This document shows, in pieces, positions 1 to 10,388 of a stretch of DNA of 64,000 bases. The stretch is from a candidate division FCPU426 bacterium (GTDB lineage Bacteria > Oederibacteriota > Muellerivitia > Muellerivitales > Muellerivitaceae). Position 1 is the first letter of the stretch. Each line of letters opens with the position of its first letter. The notes under the pieces were generated by a model. The model was not told the origin of the DNA. It searched no databases and worked only from the letters and a program-made list of their open reading frames with translations. Location of the stretch: the NCBI GenBank assembly GCA_963771075.1, contig CAVYSE010000008.1:1-64000 (forward strand). The letters are read 5' to 3'. A program made the translations under genes and the position numbers.

Positions 1-410
1 CAACGGCTTCGACGGATTCTTCGGTTTCTGGGTGGGGCTTTTCCTCCTGGCGGGGAGCTGGTGGCCACGGGCACTTCCTTAAAGTCTTTCAATTTATTCG
101 AATAAATCTTCCGGAGGGCGGCCACCTGGTCGGCAGTCAAGCCGTTGGCCCTCAAGCCGACGAAGCTTAGTGCCGAATTCTATCAGGGTCCCAGGCCCTT
201 CGGATTGTGGAATTCGGCGAGTCTCTTTTCCCCGTCGTTAAGAAGCTCGGTTTGCCCCTGGAATTGGGCTGGCCGCTCGAAACTTCCAGTTGAGGGCGAA
301 GGTTGCCGGTGCAGATTCCTTGGGAATCTGTGCAAGGTCTACCCCAACGGATTTCAGGAAGAAAGCCGTCTTTGCGTTGTGGATCGCGCCGCGCCAGAAG
401 GGGAAGTCTT

Positions 411-1379
411 TCATGGTGTTTTCTGACTCGTAGGAACGGTGGGAGTAGGTTTAAGCCGGTTAACCTTGAAGATAACCATTGATCCAACCTGTCCTTGAAG
501 ACCTTCTCCACTAATCTGAACGTTCACTTGGATATTTTTAACCTCATTAGGAATTTTAACTTCAATAGGAAATTTATTTAAAGTCCCTGGATTAATGGCA
601 CTAATTATATTTAAACCGGAAAACTGACGGAAATTACAATCTTCGCCGGGAGTGGAATCCTTTATGCAAACTGACGAAGGATTGACCGTTAATAAAATTA
701 TGGGGTTTTTTAAAGGGATCAATCCTGAATTTCCAATAACAAAATTGAGTTTAGTCCATTCTTCCCCAGAAGCAACGTCTAGAGAAACAGGCTCTTGATC
801 TTTTCTCTTATTCAAATCTAGGCCACCGCAATAAACATCGATTATGGCCGTGCGGTTCATTATTTCCTCTTCCCGCTTTAAAGTTTTGGTTAATATTTCA
901 ATTTGCTTATTTGCAAGGTCTATATTTGATTGAAGGACCTTTTGAAGTTCATTGGCCGTGTTCCTAAAGGTTTCTAATGAACCTTTGGAAGCCTCAAGAA
1001 AATCCACACTTCTTTTATTCATTTCGGAGGCCCCATCCAAAACATTTTTGGTTTCATTATTTAATGTTTTGAAAGATTCAAGGGATTGTTTTTGAAAGGT
1101 TTCGGCTTGTTCGTTGATGTTCCTTGCGGTTTCCAAAAACTTTTCATTTTCCTTAAGAAGACCTGCCCCCTCCTGATTGGCTTGGTAGGTCAGCCATAGA
1201 ACAATAATTGGGACAAAAATGTTTACCACGGTAGTTAAATCGGGAATAACAATTCTTTTGACCGCTTTTTTAAAACCGTATTTTTTATAATTACTTGAAA
1301 AAATATTAAAAAAAGTAATTAATTGGATCAAAACAAAAAATAAAAGAATGCTCATGATTGTCAAAATAATTTTACTCAT
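411..1379 (-). CDS. Hypothetical membrane-anchored coiled-coil protein
   Basis: 322-aa ORF with two hydrophobic N-terminal segments, a heptad-rich middle and a beta-rich C-terminus ending in PTPT. Confidence 0.6.
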   Translation of the reverse strand: MSKIILTIMSILLFFVLIQLITFFNIFSSNYKKYGFKKAVKRIVIPDLTTVVNIFVPIIVLWLTYQANQEGAGLLKENEKFLETARNINEQAETFQKQSLESFKTLNNETKNVLDGASEMNKRSVDFLEASKGSLETFRNTANELQKVLQSNIDLANKQIEILTKTLKREEEIMNRTAIIDVYCGGLDLNKRKDQEPVSLDVASGEEWTKLNFVIGNSGLIPLKNPIILLTVNPSSVCIKDSTPGEDCNFRQFSGLNIISAINPGTLNKFPIEVKIPNEVKNIQVNVQISGEGLQGQVGSMVIFKVNRLKPTPTVPTSQKTP

Positions 1380-1385
1380 AAATTA

Positions 1386-1634
1386 TTATGAATCTCCTAA
1401 TTCCTCACGCAGTTCATGGCTCGTTTTGAAGCCCCATTCCTGCTGGGTTTCGGCTCGCGTGTAGAAGGTGCCGTCCTTGTGTTGGAAGCCGGTATTTTCC
1501 ATTCCTAAGTGGCGATTACCGTCCGCCTCTGCCGCTTTTAGGGCGTCGTGATGCTCAATTCCGGTGTAGATCCTCCCTAATTCGGGATCCCGGACGGCCG
1601 CTTTGAAGTCGGATTTAAGGAAGGGTTTGGGCAT
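1386..1634 (-). CDS. Hypothetical protein
   Basis: 82-aa ORF in tight operon spacing with its neighbours, AAGG upstream of the ATG. Confidence 0.5.
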   Translation of the reverse strand: MPKPFLKSDFKAAVRDPELGRIYTGIEHHDALKAAEADGNRHLGMENTGFQHKDGTFYTRAETQQEWGFKTSHELREELGDS

Positions 1635-2287
1635 GTATACCTTATTTTGGAAATTCAGATTTTAATAAATCCCAATTATCCCGATACTTCTTCAAGTCCT
1701 TTGGCCAATCGCGCAATGGAAAGACTCGGGGTTTTTGACCCGGCGTCCGCCTTTATAGGCCAGGGAAAAATACTTTTGGAGGGCCTTGAACTCGAAGAGA
1801 TAAAATTCATCTTCCCGTTCGTTTTTACCAAGCAAGACAAAGATACACAAAAGGTTGGGGTTCGGAACCTTTTTTACCCCCCGGACAGTTTGGAAACCAT
1901 TTTTCAAATCGATCTCCAGAAACTTCTTGGCGTTGAACTGCCAGGAGGGCCCATTGATGGCTTTTACTTGAATAGGGATGGAAAACCCCCTTACATCTGC
2001 GGCCATCAAGTCAAAATCGGGTACGTTCCCTGCGAAAGGTGCGGCAATATAACCAAGGCGGCCAAGTTTAGCTGTAACGAGATGCTCTGGGTATTCCGAG
2101 TCAAAGTGCCCATTGATTCCGATTTAAAGTGCGCACCGATTCCGATCGAATGTGCGCAGTGATTCCGACGCAAAGTGCGCAACTTTGGCACGTTGTTTCG
2201 GGAGAAGCTTTTCGGTGAAAGCGACGCAGGGTGAATTCCTGTTAGTTGGTATGGTGCTTCCTTTTGAATCCATCAGGAGGAGGGCCC

Positions 2288-3838
2288 ATGCCGAGGGAAA
2301 AAATCCCCATGCGTCAAATTCGAGAAGTATTGAGGTTAAGGTTTGAGCAGAAGTTAAGTCATCGGGCGATAGCCCAATCCTGTGGAATAAGTCCCACCGC
2401 AGTGAGGGGATATCTCAAGAAGTTGAACGCTTGCCGCCTGAGCTGGCCATTGCCGGAAGATTTAACGGATGAAATGCTGGAAAAACAGCTTTTTCCTCCT
2501 ACCCCCTGTATTCCCACCGAGAATCGAACTCTTCCGGACTTTTCCTGGATTCACCAGGAACTTCAGAGAAAAGGCGTGACGCTCATGCTTTTGTGGAGCG
2601 AATACAGCCAAGCCAATTCCCAAGGATATGGATACAGTCGATTCTGCGATCTTTACCGTGCCTGGGCAAAAACCTTGGACGTGGTGATGAGACAGTCTCA
2701 CAAGGCCGGGGAAAAGATGTTCGTGGATTATGCCGGAATGACGATGGGAGTAGTGGATCGAAAAACCGGCGAAGTGAAACAAGCCCAGATCTTCGTGGCG
2801 GTCTTGGGGGCCAGCAGCTACACCTACGTGGAAGCCACCTGGACCCAAGAGTTGCCTAATTGGATCGCTTCCCATGTCAGGGCATTTGAATTTTTTGGCG
2901 GAACCAGTGAACTGTTAATTCCAGATAATCTCAAAAGTGGAGTCGTGTTGGCCCACCGCTACGAACCCACCCTGAACGCTACCTATCAGGAAATGGCTCG
3001 GCATTACCAAGCGGCGATTCTTCCAGCCCGACCCCTCAAACCCCGGGATAAGGCCAAGGTGGAATCGGGGGTCCAGGTGGCGGAAAGATGGATTCTGGCG
3101 GCTTTGCGAAACCGTACCTTTTTCTCCCTGCATGAACTCAATGAGGCCCTCTGGGAACGCCTGAAGGACTACAACGAAAAGCCTTTCCAAAAACTGCCGG
3201 GAAGCCGTCTCCAACAGTTTGAAACCCTTGAAAAACCAGCATTAAAGCCCCTTCCCCAATACCCTTACGAGTTTGCTGAATGGAAAAAGGTGCGTGTGAA
3301 CATTGACTACCACGTTGAGCTGAAAAAACACTACTACAGCGCGCCCTATCAACTGGCACACCAGCAGTTGGAAGCGAGGGTCACAAGCGCGGTGGTGGAG
3401 ATTTTCCACAAAGGCCAGAGGGTGGCCAGCCACGTTCGATCCTTCGTCGATTACGGCTACACCACGCTGGTGGAACATATGCCTCAAAACCACAGGGAAT
3501 ATGCCGAATGGACGCCCGTGAGATTGGCCCAATGGGCCGCCCAATCAGGGGAAGCCACGAAGGCGGTAGTTGAAAAGATATTGTCCAACCATGTGCATCC
3601 TCAACAGGGGTTTAGGCCCTGTTTGGGGATCATGCGCTTGGGAAAAACCTATGGGCCCGATCGCCTGGAAGCGGCTTGTCGGAGAGTTTCGAAACTGGCT
3701 GATCCCAAGTTGCGTCAGATCCATGCCATTCTCCAATCGGGATTGGATCAAAAGCCATTGGTAGAAGAGCAGCCGGTATTACCCGCCTTGGAACATGAGT
3801 TTGTCCGAGGCGCGCAGTATTACCAAACTCAAAACTAA
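2288..3838 (+). CDS. istA: IS21 transposase IstA
   Basis: N-terminal HTH; FVDYAG, PDNLKSGV and PRDKAKVE (DDE) motifs. Confidence 0.95.
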   Translation: MPREKIPMRQIREVLRLRFEQKLSHRAIAQSCGISPTAVRGYLKKLNACRLSWPLPEDLTDEMLEKQLFPPTPCIPTENRTLPDFSWIHQELQRKGVTLMLLWSEYSQANSQGYGYSRFCDLYRAWAKTLDVVMRQSHKAGEKMFVDYAGMTMGVVDRKTGEVKQAQIFVAVLGASSYTYVEATWTQELPNWIASHVRAFEFFGGTSELLIPDNLKSGVVLAHRYEPTLNATYQEMARHYQAAILPARPLKPRDKAKVESGVQVAERWILAALRNRTFFSLHELNEALWERLKDYNEKPFQKLPGSRLQQFETLEKPALKPLPQYPYEFAEWKKVRVNIDYHVELKKHYYSAPYQLAHQQLEARVTSAVVEIFHKGQRVASHVRSFVDYGYTTLVEHMPQNHREYAEWTPVRLAQWAAQSGEATKAVVEKILSNHVHPQQGFRPCLGIMRLGKTYGPDRLEAACRRVSKLADPKLRQIHAILQSGLDQKPLVEEQPVLPALEHEFVRGAQYYQTQN

Positions 3839-3848
3839 AGGAGACTAT

Positions 3849-4589
3849 ATGTTGGCTCAACCGATGTTGGAAAAGTTGTCCGCATTACGCCTGGAAGGAA
3901 TGCTGAAAGCTTTCAAGGAGCAAATAGAAAACAAGAACTGCAAATCCTTGAGTTTCGAGGAAAGGCTCGGGCTTTTGGTGGACCGGGAGATGACGGTACG
4001 AGAGAACAAAAGACTCGTCAGCCGTCTGCGTACGGCCAAGCTGCGCTTGAACGCTTGTATGGAGGATTTGGACTTCAAGCAACCCCGAGGCCTGGACAAA
4101 GGCCAAGTGATGTCCCTGGCTTCTTGCGGTTGGATTTCAGACCACGACAACTGTCTGATTGTGGGACCCACCGGGGCAGGCAAAAGTTATCTGGCTTGTG
4201 CCTTTGGTCAAAAGGCCTGCCGGGAAGGTCATCGGGTGTTGTATTTGAGGTTTCCAAGGCTCTTCGAGGAATTGGCCATCTCCCGGGTGGAGGGAAAATA
4301 TTTGAAATTCCTTTCTAACCTGGCCAAGTTTGACCTTTTGATCCTGGACGATTGGGCTTCCATGCCATTGGTGGATGAACAACGAAGGGCCTTGTTCGAG
4401 ATCCTGGAAGACCGCTACGACCGTAAGTCCACCCTCGTATCCGCCCAAATTCCGGTGGAGAAGTGGCATGAAGCTTTGGGAAACCCGACACTCTCCGACG
4501 CCATCCTGGACCGTTTGGTGCACAACTCCCACAAGATCACGATGAAAGGGGAGTCCATGAGGAAAACCCGTCGGGGAACGAAAAAATAA
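3849..4589 (+). CDS. istB: IS21 helper ATPase IstB
   Basis: GPTGAGKS Walker A, LLILDDW Walker B, AILDRLVHN. Confidence 0.95.
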   Translation: MLAQPMLEKLSALRLEGMLKAFKEQIENKNCKSLSFEERLGLLVDREMTVRENKRLVSRLRTAKLRLNACMEDLDFKQPRGLDKGQVMSLASCGWISDHDNCLIVGPTGAGKSYLACAFGQKACREGHRVLYLRFPRLFEELAISRVEGKYLKFLSNLAKFDLLILDDWASMPLVDEQRRALFEILEDRYDRKSTLVSAQIPVEKWHEALGNPTLSDAILDRLVHNSHKITMKGESMRKTRRGTKK

Positions 4590-4987
4590 TTTTTGTCATG
4601 GGGAGAGAAATATTTTATGCACGTAACGGCCCTTCTTTTGGGTGATCGGAGATGGAGTTGAGTTTCGGGGCATGGTGAAGAATAAATATTTCCTCACCAG
4701 GCACATCAGAATGTATGATCAAAAAAAGAAAGGAGATTCCCTCAACAGCATAGGAATGGAACCATGTTCCGAAATGTGTGCAACACCATTCCCACACCCT
4801 TGTCGCTTCCGGCTAAGCTGGTCAAATAACTGCGCACTTTGCGGCGGAATCACTGCGCACTTTGGATCGGAATCGGCGCGCTTTTTCGTCGGTATACCCA
4901 ATGCTCCCCTATTTGCCTGGTAAGTTGGATTTCCCGGCCCGTTGCCATAACTTCACCCCCTAATTATTTCCGATGCCCTGGCACTTC

Positions 4988-5437
4988 TTAAACAATACCA
5001 GCCACGAGTAAATCAAAATTATTAAGGTATTTCTCGAATTTCTGCCGGGGTTTTGTCTTGTTTGTGAATACGATGCTGTATTTTCCTTTGTTCTTTCCGC
5101 TCTTGTTTTGGTTTGCCTCTTTGACCAGGGCCAAGGAAGGCATTACCCAATATGACTTCGCCGGTTCGGAATAAAAAATATAGAAAAAGTTCTCTCTTGG
5201 GTCTTTGATGACCAACGCAGAAAACTGGCCCGCGCTGACAATATTGGCCTTATTTGAACGAGCTTTGATTTGGATATCGAGGTAAACGGGGCGGGGTTTT
5301 TTGGGCAACCGAATGACGCAATCGATCTGCTGGTCGTCCACCAGGGTCATATAGACATCAAACCCTCGGCGAAGAAGCTCCCCAAAGGCGATGAATTCTT
5401 GGCGCTTTCCAAAAGAGGCTGAATCGCGGTGGTCCAA
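4988..5437 (-). CDS. Small PD-(D/E)XK nuclease-family protein
   Basis: GKRQE...ELLRRGFDVY...ID...DIQIKAR pattern. Confidence 0.65.
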   Translation of the reverse strand: MDHRDSASFGKRQEFIAFGELLRRGFDVYMTLVDDQQIDCVIRLPKKPRPVYLDIQIKARSNKANIVSAGQFSALVIKDPRENFFYIFYSEPAKSYWVMPSLALVKEANQNKSGKNKGKYSIVFTNKTKPRQKFEKYLNNFDLLVAGIV

Positions 5438-5446
5438 ATGAACTCC

Positions 5447-5872
5447 TTATTTCTTTAAAACATTGTAGGCTTCGTTGATTATCTTCATTCTTTCCTCAGC
5501 AAAAGCCAAGGATTCGGGAGTCTTCTGCGGCACGGTGTCCGGATGGTTCTCCTTGGCTTTTTTCCTGAAGGCTTTGGTAATTTCTTCCATTGTTGCTGAT
5601 ACGGGAATCCCCAGTACCTCGTGGGGATCCAGTTTTATCGGTTTATTGGGAGCCTGGCTGGGATTGGAGGTATTAGAGGAATCAGGTCTGGGCTGGCCTA
5701 GATTGACGGGAATTCGATAATAGAACCCGCCGATTTGGCCGATAACGTAAGGACCAGCGGCGTCGATGTATATTTGCACCGGAACTTGGGGAGTAGGTTG
5801 TACAACCGACCTTTGGTAATTAAGCGGGTGAACACGATTATAATTTAGTCTCTTTCGGTTATGCCAGGGCAT
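5447..5872 (-). CDS. J-domain (DnaJ-like) protein
   Basis: C-terminal DPHEVLGI...KAFRKKAKENHPD...INEAYNVLK. Confidence 0.8.
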   Translation of the reverse strand: MPWHNRKRLNYNRVHPLNYQRSVVQPTPQVPVQIYIDAAGPYVIGQIGGFYYRIPVNLGQPRPDSSNTSNPSQAPNKPIKLDPHEVLGIPVSATMEEITKAFRKKAKENHPDTVPQKTPESLAFAEERMKIINEAYNVLKK

Positions 5873-5929
5873 GAGGTTCCTTAATTTTCAGCCTATATCT
5901 TAACTTCTTTGGTGCATTTAGATAAATCA

Positions 5930-6637
5930 TCATCCCCCGCCTTTATTCCGATCCTCAAACAGCTTGGCTTTCATTTTCTCGGCTGGGAAGGGCTTCAAAA
6001 GGGATTTAAGAATAGTGGTATCTTCAATCTTGGGGTCCAGCCAGGCGTCGTAATTACGTTCATCCAATATGACGGGCATACGGTCATGGGATTCTTCAAC
6101 CAGGCTGTTAGGCGCGGTTGTTATAAAAGAAAAAAGCTCGAATTCCATTTTCTTGGGGACGTAACTCGGATTAACCTTAAATTTCTTGTCCAGGGTCTTA
6201 TCGTCCTCAATATTAAGGTTCCACTTCCCCCAAATCCCCGCAAACGCGAATGGTTTCTTGGATTTTAAGCTGAATGCCCATTGCTGGGTGTATTTAGCGC
6301 CAATGTGCTTGGGCTCGAGGAAAGAGGGGAACACGGGGACCAAAACCCGGGATTTTTGGAAAGGGCCTCTGAAGGTTTTCTTTTCAGTGATGGTTTCGGC
6401 TTTGGCGTTGTGAAGGTGGTTTTTAAACAGTTTCTTTTTCTGAAAATCGTAAAAGGGCATTCCCCAGGTCATGAGCCTCAATAGCCTTTCCCCGGTCACC
6501 GGGTCGGCAATGACGACGGGGGCCTCGTAGCCGGGGTAGATTTTTTCCTTGGGGTCCCAAAGGATTTTAAGGGGTTTGGCTTTGAAGGCTTTGGCTATGT
6601 CCTTGAAGGGGAGGTTGAGTTGGTAGCAGACGCACAT
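5930..6637 (-). CDS. SOS response-associated peptidase (SRAP/YedK/HMCES family)
   Basis: Met-Cys N-terminus, NAKAET, FAFAGIW, HDRMPVIL. Confidence 0.9.
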   Translation of the reverse strand: MCVCYQLNLPFKDIAKAFKAKPLKILWDPKEKIYPGYEAPVVIADPVTGERLLRLMTWGMPFYDFQKKKLFKNHLHNAKAETITEKKTFRGPFQKSRVLVPVFPSFLEPKHIGAKYTQQWAFSLKSKKPFAFAGIWGKWNLNIEDDKTLDKKFKVNPSYVPKKMEFELFSFITTAPNSLVEESHDRMPVILDERNYDAWLDPKIEDTTILKSLLKPFPAEKMKAKLFEDRNKGGG

Positions 6638-6674
6638 TAAACACCTTCCAAAGGGACCAGTTTTAAAGCACAGA

Positions 6675-7232
6675 TCAGGTTAATTTATCTAAGAGTTTTT
6701 CCTCGATTACTTTTAACGTAATAACTTGTTCGCTAACAAAATATTTCCTAGATAAACCTTTTATATTGTTGTTACCAGTCGCAATATCCCTCTTAAGCAT
6801 TTCAGCCGGCACAAGTAATTCAGCCGCAAAGTGATTAGCTTCAGCCTCAATCGGGTTTTTGCTTTCAAGATCGATTTCGTAGTTCCCTTTCGTATGCTTC
6901 ATCAGTAGATGACCAATCTCATGTCCAACTGTAAAACGTTGTCGATGAGGATGTTTTTTATCGTTATAGCCAATCGCGGAGGAATCCCCGTTAGTAACTT
7001 GAATACCATCGATTTTGTCGCTTACTCTCCAAGAATAGACAGATAAATCGTGAGTTTTCTTTAGATGAATAACAACATCATTTATCAATATGGGAGGGTT
7101 AACAGAGCCGATTTGAGAAAGCAACTTTTTAGCCAAACTTTTGGCCCAAGTAAGCCTAGGTTTTATTTTTTCAGTTTCCACTTTTCTTCTTTTTAATAAA
7201 ATCAACAAAGTCCAATATTTGTTTTTTCTCAT
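6675..7232 (-). CDS. ImmA/IrrE-family metallopeptidase
   Basis: RQRFTVGHEIGH and EAEANHFAAELL; the true start may lie further downstream. Confidence 0.9.
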   Translation of the reverse strand: MRKNKYWTLLILLKRRKVETEKIKPRLTWAKSLAKKLLSQIGSVNPPILINDVVIHLKKTHDLSVYSWRVSDKIDGIQVTNGDSSAIGYNDKKHPHRQRFTVGHEIGHLLMKHTKGNYEIDLESKNPIEAEANHFAAELLVPAEMLKRDIATGNNNIKGLSRKYFVSEQVITLKVIEEKLLDKLT

Positions 7233-7518
7233 CGGTGGTAAGTTGTTTATCCGCCCTCAAGGCATAGGAAATATCTAACGGCTGGGTTTCCTTGCCAAGC
7301 AAATAATTAATGTCTGTTTTCAAAATATTTGCAATTTTTTCTAAGACGGAAATATCAACTTTTCGATCAGCCGACTCAAGAAGTGAAATAGCCGTCCCCG
7401 ACTCAAAACCTATACTCTCCGCCAATTGTTTTTGTGAGAGACCGGCCTTTTCTCTCGCTGTTTTAATCCTTTTCCCAATCGCTTCATAGATTTGATCGTC
7501 ATTTTGTGGGGTTTTCAT
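7171..7518 (-). CDS. XRE-family HTH repressor (ImmR-like)
   Basis: IGKRIKTAREKAGLSQKQLAE HTH, directly upstream of the ImmA-like gene. Confidence 0.9.
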   Translation of the reverse strand: MKTPQNDDQIYEAIGKRIKTAREKAGLSQKQLAESIGFESGTAISLLESADRKVDISVLEKIANILKTDINYLLGKETQPLDISYALRADKQLTTDEKKQILDFVDFIKKKKSGN

Positions 7519-7635
7519 AATGAAATTATAGTCATTTCATTATGGCTTGACAATGACTTATCATTTTGATAAGTTAAATAAACCATAGTGCTAACAACAT
7601 TTGGTGACAAAAATTTAAAGAAAGGGGGTAAAAAC

Positions 7636-7797
7636 ATGCCAAGAATTAATCCATGGAATTCGGTTAAAGAACCGCATCACCATGACAACACAAGGTGTGG
7701 GCCTGGTAGTGAAATTCCAGCCCACAACAAGTTGCCAGGCACGGGTAACAAACCGCTTTGTAGGGATTGTGCCAAGTTGGATCAAGAGGGGAAGTAG
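7636..7797 (+). CDS. Small His/Cys-rich protein
   Basis: GGGGG RBS; HHHDNTRC...LCRDC; divergent from the repressor. Confidence 0.6.
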   Translation: MPRINPWNSVKEPHHHDNTRCGPGSEIPAHNKLPGTGNKPLCRDCAKLDQEGK

Positions 7798-7924
7798 CGC
7801 CCCACTGAACCAACAATGCCATTGCAAGGGGCCGTTCCGTAGAACACTCCTTGCAATAAATTTACTGAGGATTCAACCCTAGTTTACCAGAGGAAAAAAT
7901 TATTTCAGAAAGGGGGTGGATTAA

Positions 7925-8056
7925 ATGCCTGACTTTTTAGCGTTTAAGCCAAAGACGAAAACAAAACGGCCCGTAACCTTTAAAACTCACACAGGTGAAA
8001 AAGTAAGTTTTAAAGCTAAAAGAAAGCCGGAAAGAAGGATAAGAGTAAAATTTTAG
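7925..8056 (+). CDS. Small basic hypothetical protein (43 aa, absent from the ORF track)
   Basis: GGGGGTGG RBS, then MPDFLAFKPKTKTKRPVTFKTHTGEKVSFKAKRKPERRIRVKF*. Confidence 0.5.
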   Translation: MPDFLAFKPKTKTKRPVTFKTHTGEKVSFKAKRKPERRIRVKF

Positions 8057-8151
8057 TTTTTCTTTGGGGACCGGGGAGAGGTTAACTCCTCTCCTCGTCC
8101 TCATTCAAATGTAGGGCGGCCGTTGACGACGTATTCGTAGGCCTCAATGTT

Positions 8152-9228
8152 TTACTTTCCCGATTTCTTCCTGTTGTCATCCTTGCAGAGCATTTGGCAA
8201 TTTTCTGAAATAGTCTTCCCGCCTTCGTGCCATGGCTTGATATGATCTGCTTCCATTTCTTCAAAGTCCCACTTCTTTTTGCAAACCGGACATTTAGCTT
8301 TTTGTCTTTCGTATGTTTCTCTTTTCTGTTTTTCTGTAAATGCGCGGATACTTAGGAACTTTTCTTTTCCTGTTAGGACAAAAAGATAAATGCCTCTTTT
8401 ATTCGTTACGTCTTCGTCCTCCATCAATTTGGAAATTTCCTTTTCCAACTTTTTCGGATCCAACTTTTTTGCTTTGTACTCGTTATATAAATGGCCGAAG
8501 GGGGCTCCTCTCATTTCTTTCCGATAAGTTGAAAAAACTGTCTGAACCCATCCAATAACTGCTTGAAAATATTTCCACAACGCTTTTGCGTCATTTTCTT
8601 TCTGATGTTTTGACATGTAATCTTCGATATTTCCTTTAGAGATCCAGTCAATGGCCGTTTCTAAATATTCCTGTCTAATAGCGGATCCAACAAGATAATC
8701 ATCCCCAATTTTGGGGCGGTCGGTCTTGGAAAAATATCGTTTTGCGTCTGAAACCCAAGAACCTGAATAAACTGCATTTCGCAATTCTTGATCAGATAAT
8801 TGTTCCCCAGCAATATTAATAGTTCTAAACCAGTCCAACCTTTCACTATCGGTTCCGGAACAGAAATAAATCATCAAGGGATAGTTTAAGATTTCTTCTT
8901 GTTTGTCTTTTTGAAGATTATGAAAGGCCAATCCGTCAATTGAAAATTCACCAGCAACATACTGGCAAAGGGAAATGGTTCTTTGCTGTCCATCAATTAC
9001 TTCAAATTTTCCGTCGCCACGCACAGACCAATACATCACGTTAAGGGGAAAATTTTTAGTGACGGTATCGATCACTGCGTTTCTTTGAATATCCTTATAA
9101 ATGAACTCTCGTTGGTAAGGCGGTCGTATGTCAAGTTTTCCCCCGTAACCAAATACACCGGCCTCGGCCATATCCTCATAACCTTCGGCTAACTGACGAA
9201 CAGTAATTTTTTTTAATTCTATTTTCAT
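8152..9228 (-). CDS. DUF262 (ParB/GmrS-like) plus HNH endonuclease
   Basis: RPPYQREF and IDGQQR; C-terminal CPVC...ADHIKPWHEGG...NCQMLC. Confidence 0.9.
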   Translation of the reverse strand: MKIELKKITVRQLAEGYEDMAEAGVFGYGGKLDIRPPYQREFIYKDIQRNAVIDTVTKNFPLNVMYWSVRGDGKFEVIDGQQRTISLCQYVAGEFSIDGLAFHNLQKDKQEEILNYPLMIYFCSGTDSERLDWFRTINIAGEQLSDQELRNAVYSGSWVSDAKRYFSKTDRPKIGDDYLVGSAIRQEYLETAIDWISKGNIEDYMSKHQKENDAKALWKYFQAVIGWVQTVFSTYRKEMRGAPFGHLYNEYKAKKLDPKKLEKEISKLMEDEDVTNKRGIYLFVLTGKEKFLSIRAFTEKQKRETYERQKAKCPVCKKKWDFEEMEADHIKPWHEGGKTISENCQMLCKDDNRKKSGK

Positions 9229-9586
9229 TTTCCCACTCTTTTATTACGGATAAATAATCTTTTGAACGCCGCCTTACCTTTTACCAAACAAGATTTGGAC
9301 CCGCCTTTCCAAACCCCTCCAGAATAACCAGTCCCATTGTCTTCCCCCATACCGATCAACTCGAATTGCTTTGGATTGTATTTATTAAGAAAGGTTACCG
9401 GCACTCCCATTACTCCCTTATAGTCGACGGGAATGTCGGCTGTCTTTCCCACTTCAATAGCATTGTAGTTGTCGTATTTAGGGTATTCTTTTTTGTTATA
9501 TTTTTTGAAAAGAATTAAATCTTCATGTCGCTTATCAATATCCATATTTGTGAACCAACAAGTATTATTTGTAGAAATAATTCTGT
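9225..9586 (-). pseudogene. C-terminal remnant of an EcoRI-family adenine methyltransferase, cut by IS66
   Basis: WFTNMD...YPKYDNYNAIEV...IPVDYKGVMGVPVTFLNKYNPKQFE; the N-terminus is replaced by the IS66 end. Confidence 0.85.
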
Positions 9587-9674
9587 GTAAGCGTCTTGTT
9601 GCACCATCTAGCCAATCCTGCCACCCTCCCGTAGAAACCACCATGGAGACCAATCTTGTCTAGGGAGGAAAACC

Positions 9675-10010
9675 ATGGCGAAGCAGAGCAAATTCCGGAA
9701 TAAAAAGCGGTGGGAGGAGGTTTTGCGGGCCTGGAAGCGTAGTGGCCTGAGCGGATCGGCCTATTGCCGTAAAAGTCGGATCAGCCCGCCAAGCTTTTAC
9801 GCCTGGAAAAGACGGTTGGCCGGTCCCCAGAGCCCTGTGGTTCGGGGTCGCCAGGCCTTCCTGCCCGTTTCAGTAGTGACTGCGGGTGGCGAAACCCATC
9901 CGGTTGTGGAATTGACCCTTTTGAACGGCCGGGTTTTGAGGCTGTACCGGGAAATGCCCGCCCCGGCGTTGGCTGAATTGGTCCGAGCCCTGGAGGAAAA
10001 GGCGTGCTGA
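9675..10010 (+). CDS. tnpA: IS66 TnpA (HTH)
   Basis: WKRSGLSGSAYCR...SFYAWKRRL...FLPVSV. Confidence 0.9.
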   Translation: MAKQSKFRNKKRWEEVLRAWKRSGLSGSAYCRKSRISPPSFYAWKRRLAGPQSPVVRGRQAFLPVSVVTAGGETHPVVELTLLNGRVLRLYREMPAPALAELVRALEEKAC

Positions 10011-10378
10011 CCCTCTCGGCGGGCATCCGAGTATTTGTGTGTACGAGAGCGGCGGACATGCGCAAGGGGTTTGACGGCCTGTCGGCCCTGGCCGGTGAGG
10101 TGATGAGGCAAGACCCTTTGAGTGGGCACCTGTTCGTGTTCCGCAACCGGCGGGGGGACCGGCTGAAGGTGTTGTACTGGGGCGGGGATGGGTTGTGCCT
10201 GTGGTACAAGCGCCTGGAAGCCGGGACCTTCGAGATGCGCCAAGGTGAAGGAACGTGCGTGGAGATGAGCCCGGCGGAGCTTTCGATGCTCATCGAGGGA
10301 ATCAGCCTGGCGAGAGTACAGAGGCGCAAACGGTTTAGCCTGGGCCTGTCGCACAAACCCCAACCGGTGATGGCGTGA
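10004..10378 (+). CDS. tnpB: IS66 accessory protein TnpB
   Basis: DMRKGFDGL...LFVFRNRRGDRLKVLYW...KRLEAGTF. Confidence 0.95.
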   Translation: MLTLSAGIRVFVCTRAADMRKGFDGLSALAGEVMRQDPLSGHLFVFRNRRGDRLKVLYWGGDGLCLWYKRLEAGTFEMRQGEGTCVEMSPAELSMLIEGISLARVQRRKRFSLGLSHKPQPVMA

Positions 10379-10388
10379 TGAAGAATTT

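Larger units (their letters stand above)
2088..4900 (+). mobile_element. IS21-family element, complete
   Basis: Ends TGGGTATTCCGA / TCGGTATACCCA, subterminal ~23-bp repeats, 6-bp target duplication ATGCTC at 2082-2087 and 4901-4906. Confidence 0.95.
1642..4948 (-). pseudogene. PD-(D/E)XK endonuclease interrupted by IS21
   Basis: Removing IS21 and one ATGCTC copy restores MATGREIQLTRQIGEH|LVTAKLGRLGY...NVPDFDL...IQVKAI; a 1-nt shift near 1707 gives the ending YRDNWDLLKSEFPK. Confidence 0.75.

Noticed and set aside
1..414. ORFs at the left edge
   Set aside because: Short frames broken by stops, with no recognisable motif.
1647..2162. 171-aa plus-strand ORF
   Set aside because: It is antisense to the interrupted PD-(D/E)XK gene and runs into the IS21 end.
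2088..2185. Tandem ~23-bp repeats (GATTCCGA...GTGCGCA) as a mini CRISPR array
   Set aside because: They have no spacers and are mirrored at 4830-4900; these are IS21 subterminal repeats.
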